Below, one piece after another: positions 28,710-36,723 of a DNA stretch of 64,000 bases (position 1 is the stretch's first letter; each line of letters starts with the position of its first letter). Origin of the DNA: Candidatus Kapaibacterium sp. (lineage in GTDB: Bacteria > Bacteroidota > Ignavibacteria > Kapaibacteriales > UBA2268); contig OY761611.1 in NCBI GenBank assembly GCA_963664875.1, forward strand, positions 2,176,001-2,240,000, in the 5' to 3' direction. The notes beneath the pieces are model-generated. The model saw nothing but the letters and a program-made list of their open reading frames with translations, had not been told where the DNA came from and ran no database searches. The translations under genes were made by a program, and so were the position numbers.

Positions 28710-30032
28710 ATGAAAAAGTTGCTCATTGTTTTAACTATACTCGCATCTATTGCCCATTCCACCGCAGGTGAAATGAAGTTTTTATGGTCACAAAGTTTCC
28801 AAGACGGCTATCTTTGGGATATAGAATTTATGCCTGATAACGATTACTTTGTTTTAGGGTATGACGATAGAATTGAACTAAGAGAGACAGATACAGGAAA
28901 TTTAGTTAAAGTAGATAGCATTATTGCAAGAGATATTGAAGTGTCTTCAGATAGTACTAAGCTTTATATAAATTGCATCAACTCTTTCCAAGTGAGAGAT
29001 GTTAATACGTTCGAAGTCTTACAATCTGTAACTTTACCTGATACTATAGATGGATATCGTGCTTATTATTCAGACTTTTGTGCTGATCCTGCAAGAGCAC
29101 TAATATACCTGAGAAGAGCTTTGCAATATGATGAAGACAATAACGGCAATGCTTTGCTATGGCAATACATTTGTGTTTATAATTCTGAAACTTTGGAGTT
29201 TATCACAGAGCTAAGCTCGGAAGCTCATAAAATGATGAATTTTACTAAAATGGATGTCTCTGCTGATGGAAAATATTTGGCAGCAATCAATAGCGGAAAA
29301 TCCAAGCTAATGGTATGGAATTTAGAAACAAGAGAGCAGATTATTAATCATTATATGGCTCCTGAAACATCTACTGAGTATGGCGATCCTAAAGATTTGA
29401 AGTTTTCAAATGTAAACACTGATAATATTTATATATCAGGTTCTTTTAGACATTTTGAGAATGATAAAGACCATATGAGCTTGTCTGTCATTAATATTGA
29501 GAAAGAAGAAGTTATTGATGATAGATTTAATGTTGGACAAAATCAGTTTGGAGCTACAAGACTAACATTTATAGATAATGAAAAGTATGTATTGGCATCA
29601 TCATCTAATCTTACAATTATGATTGATTATTTAGATGGGACTATTTTATATAAAGCAATTCATCATAGAGATTATAATTGGGGAAGAAATAGATTTAGTA
29701 AAGATAAAAACGTTATTATTGGTCACGGTGGAAATTCGTTTTCATCAGGCTACTACGACTTTGAATCTTCCATAGAAGATCCAAATAATGATGAAGTTAT
29801 TTACCCCAACCCTACTACAAACGAAGTAAATATTCCATTTTCTTGTACTTCACCAGAATTTACAATTTCCATGTTTGACTATAATGGTAATGATTTAACT
29901 ACTCAGATTCAGTGGCAGTACACAGGTGAAATGTACACTATTGATTTAAGTAATATAACAGCAGGGGTTTATGTTGTAAGAATTAATTGTGGTGAATCTT
30001 CTTCTGATTATCGAGTAGTGAGGGAGAAATAA
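28710..30032 (+). CDS. Beta-propeller T9SS protein, paralogue 5 (most divergent)
   Basis: N-terminus like paralogues 2/3; divergent C-half and CTD (YRVVREK). Confidence 0.85.
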   Translation: MKKLLIVLTILASIAHSTAGEMKFLWSQSFQDGYLWDIEFMPDNDYFVLGYDDRIELRETDTGNLVKVDSIIARDIEVSSDSTKLYINCINSFQVRDVNTFEVLQSVTLPDTIDGYRAYYSDFCADPARALIYLRRALQYDEDNNGNALLWQYICVYNSETLEFITELSSEAHKMMNFTKMDVSADGKYLAAINSGKSKLMVWNLETREQIINHYMAPETSTEYGDPKDLKFSNVNTDNIYISGSFRHFENDKDHMSLSVINIEKEEVIDDRFNVGQNQFGATRLTFIDNEKYVLASSSNLTIMIDYLDGTILYKAIHHRDYNWGRNRFSKDKNVIIGHGGNSFSSGYYDFESSIEDPNNDEVIYPNPTTNEVNIPFSCTSPEFTISMFDYNGNDLTTQIQWQYTGEMYTIDLSNITAGVYVVRINCGESSSDYRVVREK

Positions 30033-30033
30033 G

Positions 30034-30303
30034 ATGTATAAATATCTATTTGCATTTTTCTTTTTGCCAATAATTCTTTTTGCACAAGAGCCACAGCCAA
30101 TAAGCTTAGAGTTTAGTAATCAGGCTTCACACATATTAAATCCAGATGATTACAAACAAAATAGTATTTATCATGGATTTCAATGGTCAGGTACACCTGC
30201 CATGGATGAGGCTCTCGGAAATAATCTAAGAACCTCGGGAAATATACATGCTGTAAACTTAAAAGCAAATATTTTTTCGCATTATACACCCTATACATCC
30301 TGA
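30034..30303 (+). pseudogene. Probable truncated secreted-protein gene
   Basis: Coupled to array by TAA-G-ATG, clean signal peptide, stops after 89 aa with no CTD; frame continues FAKILAPFIEYELWL after the TGA. Confidence 0.5.
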
Positions 30304-30487
30304 TTCGCCAAAATACTAGCTCCATTTATCGAGTACGAACTGTGGCTTTAGTCAACTCAAAGATTGAGATAGCATAATTTTTTACTCTAAGTAAAATAGA
30401 CAGTCTCGCTTCTAGTTTGCATATTTGCTATACATGAGTGTAGATTTCTTATTATTTTGTATATTTTGAAAACTTATACAACATACT

Positions 30488-31882
30488 TTGGTAAATGATA
30501 TGATTAGCAATAAAGCTTCTTTTGACATGTACGAATTATCCGTCATTTTTGGCGAAGACAATGTTATCTGCGACGATACTTTTAGTTGCCTTTCTGTTTC
30601 GACTGACTCTAGAAAGATCTCAGGTGGAGAACTGTTTGTGGCTTTAAAGGGTGAGAGCTTTGACGGACATGACAAAGTGATTGATGCTTTCGATTCGGGT
30701 GCAGTAGCAGCCTTGGTTAGCAAGGATTGGTACGATAGTTTGAAGACTAAACCCAATAATAATTATATACTCTGCAAAGACACACTCGACGGGCTGGGTA
30801 AACTCGCCCGATTCCATAGAGATAGGTTCCGTTTGCCTGTGGTAGCAATTGCCGGATCTAACGGCAAAACAACTACTAAAGAAATTTGTTCTTCGATACT
30901 AGAATTAAAATTCAAAACTCTAAAAACATATAAAAATTTCAACAACAGAGTCGGTGTTCCTTTAATGCTTTTGTCTTTAGATGAGACTTACGAAGCTGCA
31001 GTTCTCGAGATTGGCACAAACGAGCCGGGAGAAATTGCTATGCTTTCTAATATCTGCAACCCTACTCATGGATTAATCACCAATATTGGCAAAGAACATC
31101 TCGAATTTTTGTTGAATCTTGATGGCGTAGAAATGGAAGAGACTTTCCTTTTTGGCTACTTACGCAGTAAGGGAGGAATAGCTCTTATAAATATGGATGA
31201 TGATCGTCTGTCGAGATATGAACCAATTTTAGACAATAAGCTTTCTTTCGGTAGTAATGATTCTTCAGGACTGAAGGCATCTTATTCATTTGATGAGACA
31301 TTATGTGCGACTATATCTTTTGAATACGAAGAAACGAAACTATCTGCAAAATTACAGATACCCGGAATTGCTCCGGCTCTTAATGCAATAGCTGCTGCTG
31401 CTGTCGGCTTCATTCTGGAATTACCGGCTGAAACAATAGCACAGGGCATAGAGAGATTTAACAATCAAGATGATTCTGACTATGGCAGGATGAAGGTAAT
31501 CAACTATAAAGATTGTATTATTCTCAATGATACATATAACGCAAATCCTTCGTCTATGATGATGTCTTTACAGACATTGGACAAGATGTCTTCAAAATCA
31601 AATAAAATCGCTGTACTTGGCGATATGTTCGAATTAGGCAAAGAAGCTGAGGCTGAGCACCTAAATATTCTACTAATGGCTGCTAATTTTGCAGATGAAG
31701 TATTGCTTCTTGGAGACAATATGAGAGCAGCACACAAGAAAACAGGAAAAGGGCAACATTTTGAGAATCATGAAGGCATTGCAGAATATTTAAAAAATGC
31801 GACTCTAAACTCTGCCATTCTTGTCAAAGGATCTCGCGGTATGAAAATGGAAAAGGTAGTAAATATATTATTAGGCAAGTAA
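30488..31882 (+). CDS. murF: UDP-N-acetylmuramoyl-tripeptide--D-Ala-D-Ala ligase
   Basis: STDSR, GESFDGH, AGSNGKTTTKE, NFNNRVGVP, NDTYNANPSSM and LVKGSRGMKME motifs. Confidence 0.97.
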   Translation: MVNDMISNKASFDMYELSVIFGEDNVICDDTFSCLSVSTDSRKISGGELFVALKGESFDGHDKVIDAFDSGAVAALVSKDWYDSLKTKPNNNYILCKDTLDGLGKLARFHRDRFRLPVVAIAGSNGKTTTKEICSSILELKFKTLKTYKNFNNRVGVPLMLLSLDETYEAAVLEIGTNEPGEIAMLSNICNPTHGLITNIGKEHLEFLLNLDGVEMEETFLFGYLRSKGGIALINMDDDRLSRYEPILDNKLSFGSNDSSGLKASYSFDETLCATISFEYEETKLSAKLQIPGIAPALNAIAAAAVGFILELPAETIAQGIERFNNQDDSDYGRMKVINYKDCIILNDTYNANPSSMMMSLQTLDKMSSKSNKIAVLGDMFELGKEAEAEHLNILLMAANFADEVLLLGDNMRAAHKKTGKGQHFENHEGIAEYLKNATLNSAILVKGSRGMKMEKVVNILLGK

Positions 31883-31902
31883 TTGCACGATGTTATTGAT
31901 TT

Positions 31903-31929
31903 AAAAAAAGGGGCTAATGCCCCTTTTTT
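31903..31929. terminator. Bidirectional terminator between murF and vWA-OmpA gene
   Basis: A-tract GGGGC-TAAT-GCCCC T-tract between convergent genes. Confidence 0.85.
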
Positions 31930-33256
31930 ATTTAGATATTATTATTATCTCGGTTCGTCGATTTAATTTTCTTCCAAATTGAGTGAGATTACTTGCAATC
32001 GGTCTTCGCTCACCTTGACCTATCGTTTTGATTCTGTTTTCTGCTACTCCCCTATCTACTATGTATTGCTTGACGCTTTCAGCTCTTTTTTTAGAGAGAT
32101 AGTCATTTACTGCGTCCGGGCCAACTGAATCAGTGTGACCTTCGACTACAATAGCAATGTTCTGTTTGTCTCTCATAAACTTTGCCATAATGTCAAGTTC
32201 AGGTACATTATTAGGAAGTGATGCATCATTTGTTTCGTATAGCAAGTTTTCAATTATAAGCTTTCTTCCGAGCTCTACTATAGGGATTTTTCTTTTCACT
32301 AATTTCTGAGTTTTTTCATCATATAGTGCTATCTCTATTTCATCAGGAATTGCGTCCTGATCTGAGCGATAGTACATAGCAAAAAGATTTGTCAACTGTG
32401 TAGAGAAATTATTCAAAATAAAAGAAAAATCTGATTCAATGTCATAAGCCGAGCCACGGGTAGATCTTGCCATCGAAGCATACTGTTTGAATTTGGGCGG
32501 AACAATCGGAAATATCCTGATGTTTTTTGTCATAAACAAGTCAACTATTGACTCAGTTGTCTGATTAGTTACACCATTGCCCGGCACATTTTTCTGATGG
32601 TAAGAAGCATCAGTAATCAGTACAGTAACTTTGTCTGCGAAATCTCTGTATTTGATTTTTGCAGCAGCTTCAAGTGCTTCGAGAGCGTTTTCTGGTTCGT
32701 CTCCACCGCCTTTTGTTTTTACTTCCGAAAGCCATTGCTGGAATTTCGTTACATCTGTAATAGGCTGGTAAACCATTTCTAAATCGTCTGAAAAAAGTAC
32801 TAGACCAAGTCTGTAATCGATACCTTTAAGGTTTAATACCTCAGTAAATTTTACGATATTAGCTTTGAGCATATCGATTTTATTTTGCATTGAACCGGTA
32901 ATGTCCAAAACAAAAACGAAGTCAACAGGCACAACCTCAGCCGCAGGGATTTTTTCGACTCTAAGTACTTTTTTTTGTTTCCCGTCTTCATAAACGTAAA
33001 GGTTATCAGCAGAAAGCTCTTCTAAAGGTTCGCCTTCTTTGTTGTAAGCCTCAATGATTATTTTAATTTCGGGAAACTTAGTGATATCAACGTTTCTAGC
33101 TGTAATTTCAATTTCGTCTTCGGTATAGGAAAGCTTAGCACCTTCCAATACTTTTCTTTTTTGCTCTAATGTGTCTATTTTGCTGACTAATGCTGCATTC
33201 AAAAAAGGGGGGGATACTATCAGCAGTAGGCATAATAAGTACAATATGCGATTCAT
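31928..33256 (-). CDS. vWA domain + OmpA-like peptidoglycan-binding domain protein
   Basis: Signal peptide; FVLDITGSM MIDAS, GGGDEPENALEAL, LITDA; C-terminal EGHTD, LSKKRAESVK and NRRTE. Confidence 0.9.
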   Translation of the reverse strand: MNRILYLLCLLLIVSPPFLNAALVSKIDTLEQKRKVLEGAKLSYTEDEIEITARNVDITKFPEIKIIIEAYNKEGEPLEELSADNLYVYEDGKQKKVLRVEKIPAAEVVPVDFVFVLDITGSMQNKIDMLKANIVKFTEVLNLKGIDYRLGLVLFSDDLEMVYQPITDVTKFQQWLSEVKTKGGGDEPENALEALEAAAKIKYRDFADKVTVLITDASYHQKNVPGNGVTNQTTESIVDLFMTKNIRIFPIVPPKFKQYASMARSTRGSAYDIESDFSFILNNFSTQLTNLFAMYYRSDQDAIPDEIEIALYDEKTQKLVKRKIPIVELGRKLIIENLLYETNDASLPNNVPELDIMAKFMRDKQNIAIVVEGHTDSVGPDAVNDYLSKKRAESVKQYIVDRGVAENRIKTIGQGERRPIASNLTQFGRKLNRRTEIIIISK

Positions 33257-33305
33257 GTGCTTTTATAACCCTACTTTTATATATTAAAATTTTACAGTAA
33301 TAAAT

Positions 33306-33350
33306 AATGCCCCCTGCTCTTTCTAATCGAAAAAACTAACGGGGGCATTA
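33306..33350. terminator. Stem-loop between barrel gene and vWA-OmpA gene
   Basis: TAATGCCCCC...GGGGGCATTA 10-bp inverted repeat, T-rich tail on minus strand. Confidence 0.6.
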
Positions 33351-33366
33351 TAACTTTATATTTTTA

Positions 33367-34866
33367 TTATATAGTAAGTCTAAGAACAGGCGAAATCATG
33401 AAGAAGTTACCAACTTCATAAGGGCGTTTGTCGCGCAATACTGTAGAGTATTTACCTTCGAGGTAGAACCAGTTGCCAAACAACGGTAGATAGATTCTTG
33501 CCATCAATACCTGATTAGCTAACTGCACGCTTGCACCAAACGGATAAGCTGCCTGATTTCTATATTCAACTTTAGCAAACATCCAATCACCAAATGATTC
33601 CGGTTTATAGAATTTAAGACCATCTACTTCATTTGTTGTGATGAAGTAGTTAGAAGATTTTTCAGATTGGTCATATTGTTTGTAAAGTCCGTATTCTTGT
33701 ACTTCATTGTAGCTAAGACCTAAGTCAAATCTAAAGTAGTTTTCAGGATCTTTGGGATCCAACCACCAGTGGTAAAAAGCAGAAATTCTACCTGCAGTAC
33801 CTAAGATAGGAGCTACAGCCATAATTTCTTCCTGAGTACCAGAATTTGGTGAAAAAGCTACATTATTGGTGTTAGCAAGAAAACCGAATGAAGTTACATC
33901 AATTTGTTCTGTAGTAATTTTCGATACAGGGAATTGGAAATCAGCTGCCAAACCTGCTTCAGGATGAAACGGCATGTGGAAATCCATACCAAGAACGATT
34001 TTACCTTTAGGTTCAGCATTTAATATTCTTTTCTGCATCCAGTCAACCACACCACTTGTTCCGCCGGCATCTTTTGCATCTGTAACTTGTTCAGGAATCA
34101 AATCTCTATTGATACCTGTAGAAATTTTATATGCACCACCAAGATAAGCGTTGATAAGGTAAGGCACTTTGTCAGTAGTTCTTTCATCTGTGTTTACATA
34201 AAGAGGTCTCTGCAAAGTAATGCTTCCCTGGCCTGCTTGCCAGAAATGGTAACCAATATCATCAATACCGATTTTTGAACGCAACCAGAAGCCTGTTTTA
34301 CCGATTTTAATAGCCTGCTCAAACATAGACAAAGTAAATGCATGAGTAACGTTAGAAGGCTGTAAATAATCAATAATAGCAGTTGTCTGCGAGTTAGTTA
34401 ACGGAATTTCCTGTGGAATTTCGTTAAAGCAATAATCACGAGTAGCTATGTCAGATCTGACACCGCGATCCTGACCATTGTAAACCAATTCGCCGGAAAG
34501 GAATCCGACTAAGATTTCAGTTAGCTGAACATCTATATCATAAGCAGACATAGACTCTTTACCGCAACTGATAGTAATGATTTCGAAAGGTTCGTCATCA
34601 AAAGATCTCGGTGCGGCAAGGATTTCAACGTTGTTCATATCCAAATTTTCTTTTGGAAACTGAGCATTTACGAATGATCTATAAATTTGGAACTGTAAGT
34701 CTCTTTCACATACTTTCCATCTTGGGAAGTATCCCTTGATTTCTGAGTCAATAGTAGTAAGAGAATCTATGATTGCTCTTTTGTCCGGTATCATTGTCTG
34801 AGCATCAGATTTATAATATCCGAAAACAAACGCAAGTACTAACAAGAATAAGATATTTCTTTTCAT
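33367..34866 (-). CDS. Hypothetical outer-membrane beta-barrel protein B
   Basis: Signal peptide, amphipathic strands, C-terminal ISPVLRLTI; paralogous to 34911-36644. Confidence 0.65.
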   Translation of the reverse strand: MKRNILFLLVLAFVFGYYKSDAQTMIPDKRAIIDSLTTIDSEIKGYFPRWKVCERDLQFQIYRSFVNAQFPKENLDMNNVEILAAPRSFDDEPFEIITISCGKESMSAYDIDVQLTEILVGFLSGELVYNGQDRGVRSDIATRDYCFNEIPQEIPLTNSQTTAIIDYLQPSNVTHAFTLSMFEQAIKIGKTGFWLRSKIGIDDIGYHFWQAGQGSITLQRPLYVNTDERTTDKVPYLINAYLGGAYKISTGINRDLIPEQVTDAKDAGGTSGVVDWMQKRILNAEPKGKIVLGMDFHMPFHPEAGLAADFQFPVSKITTEQIDVTSFGFLANTNNVAFSPNSGTQEEIMAVAPILGTAGRISAFYHWWLDPKDPENYFRFDLGLSYNEVQEYGLYKQYDQSEKSSNYFITTNEVDGLKFYKPESFGDWMFAKVEYRNQAAYPFGASVQLANQVLMARIYLPLFGNWFYLEGKYSTVLRDKRPYEVGNFFMISPVLRLTI

Positions 34867-34910
34867 GTGATTTCTTCTTTATTTCTTTGACTAATTCAAC
34901 AACCATTTAA

Positions 34911-36644
34911 TTAAAATACAAAGATAAATCGAGCCATAGGGATAAATAGATTTTCTTCTACTTCCCAAGCTTGAGGTGTATCTTTCAACGCTGTAAAGAA
35001 TGATTTGCCTTCTAATCTAAGAGCGAACAAATCTTTGATTACCGGGATGTGAATCCAAGCACTTGCATATATTGATTCATCAAAGTATTGCACTGATACG
35101 CCATAAGGAGTAGCAATATTTTTAACCATGAAGTCCATTTTTGCAGAGATGCCGCCGATTGTTTCTTTGTCTAACTCTTTATAAACAGCTGTTTCTATGT
35201 TAGTTTCAGGATCGGCTTCCATTCTGTCTCCCCATGTTTCTATAGTATAGACAGTACCGCCCAAACCAAATCTCAAGTGATAATCTTTATCGATAGCTAA
35301 ACCAAATGTATAATGCAATGTAGCATTTGCTCTAACTAAATAGTCGTTTCCGGATTCGTCTTCCGGATTGATAGTCAAAATCTGATCTAAGTCAATTTTA
35401 TCTTTGTATCCTGCTCTTTCTGCATCGCCAAACACCCAGCCAAAACCTAAGTGGAACACACCACTTTGAGGAATAACTTTGAATGGAAAGTCTAATTGAC
35501 CTGCGATACCAAGACCACCATGTGTAAATACTCTATCGTATTCCAACATTTCTTTGCCTAATTCTGACCAGCCGTAAGTTGGAAGAATAGCACCGATTTT
35601 AATATTTTCCCATAATGCAGAGAAAGTCATCCTTTCGCTCCACATAGAAGGCATATTGATATCGTCGATACCGTATTTCAATTCAAGACCGAATTTTGGC
35701 AAGCTACTGTTTGTAATAAAAGAAAGTGTATCTACAAAACCGTCTTCATAAGTATATGTTTCGATTTCGTAGCGTTTCCAGCTAACTAAATCAGGAGAAA
35801 CTATGATTTCGTGGTTTTGAGTATAGTCCATTGGTTCTGCATTAGAGATTCTAACAAATTTTTGAACATCTGCAGAAGAAATATCGCCTTCTCTTTCTAT
35901 CAAAGAGCGGGAAACACCATACTGAGGGTCAGTCCATTTTTTCATGGTACCGATACCTTGAGCTTCGCTTGTTCTTTTTTCTACGTTAGACTGCATAAAT
36001 GCATTTTCTAAAAGCTGATACATGTTTTCAGCATTGTATTTTTCAGGATCCAAATCAAACTGAACAAGTTCAGGCCAAGTAAAAACGTTTTTGCCTGAAG
36101 CATTATCAACATTTTTGCCAATATCAGTGTTGTCTTCATAAGAAATTATCATAGCGATAATAGTATTCGGAACAACCTGATCTCTGTCGGCTTTTTTAGT
36201 AGTTACGATATAAGCTTCTCTCACTACTTGTTGAGAGCCCTTGTTAGGGCTCAGGATTTCAACAAGTGCGTCAAAGTTTTTAGGTAATTCGCCGTAACGA
36301 CCAATCAACTCTCTTTGGATTTTAGTTTTAGTAGAACCTGATAGCAACTGGTTTCTAATTGAAGAAACAACCTGTGGATCAGTTTCAGCTAAAATTTTAT
36401 CTGCATCACCTACTGCAGCAGTAGTGTTTTCTGATGCTTCTTTATCTTTAATTATCTGTCTTACGTCTCTTACATCTTTCAAAGAATATAAGTCAACTGT
36501 AGAAAAGCGATAGTTTTTATATCTGTTAAGAATACTTTCAAGTTTAACCCTGAACGATTCGTCACCTTGTGCCTGCACAGTCAAAGGCATAACTATGCTT
36601 AGCATAAGAAGGCTTAACAACAAACTGGATGCTTTCTTCATCAT
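34911..36644 (-). CDS. Hypothetical outer-membrane beta-barrel protein A
   Basis: Signal peptide from MMKKASS, N-terminal soluble region, amphipathic strands, terminal PMARFIFVF beta-signal. Confidence 0.7.
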   Translation of the reverse strand: MMKKASSLLLSLLMLSIVMPLTVQAQGDESFRVKLESILNRYKNYRFSTVDLYSLKDVRDVRQIIKDKEASENTTAAVGDADKILAETDPQVVSSIRNQLLSGSTKTKIQRELIGRYGELPKNFDALVEILSPNKGSQQVVREAYIVTTKKADRDQVVPNTIIAMIISYEDNTDIGKNVDNASGKNVFTWPELVQFDLDPEKYNAENMYQLLENAFMQSNVEKRTSEAQGIGTMKKWTDPQYGVSRSLIEREGDISSADVQKFVRISNAEPMDYTQNHEIIVSPDLVSWKRYEIETYTYEDGFVDTLSFITNSSLPKFGLELKYGIDDINMPSMWSERMTFSALWENIKIGAILPTYGWSELGKEMLEYDRVFTHGGLGIAGQLDFPFKVIPQSGVFHLGFGWVFGDAERAGYKDKIDLDQILTINPEDESGNDYLVRANATLHYTFGLAIDKDYHLRFGLGGTVYTIETWGDRMEADPETNIETAVYKELDKETIGGISAKMDFMVKNIATPYGVSVQYFDESIYASAWIHIPVIKDLFALRLEGKSFFTALKDTPQAWEVEENLFIPMARFIFVF

Positions 36645-36723
36645 ATTTATTTGCCCTTGCAATTAAATTACTTACTAATTTTTTTAAAACTAATGATTAT
36701 AACAAATCTACTATACTAACTGT

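Noticed and set aside
23405-30032. Diversity-generating retroelement or shufflon behind the propeller array
   Set aside because: No reverse transcriptase or invertase in the window; differences are block-wise rather than adenine-specific, and all copies are in direct orientation.
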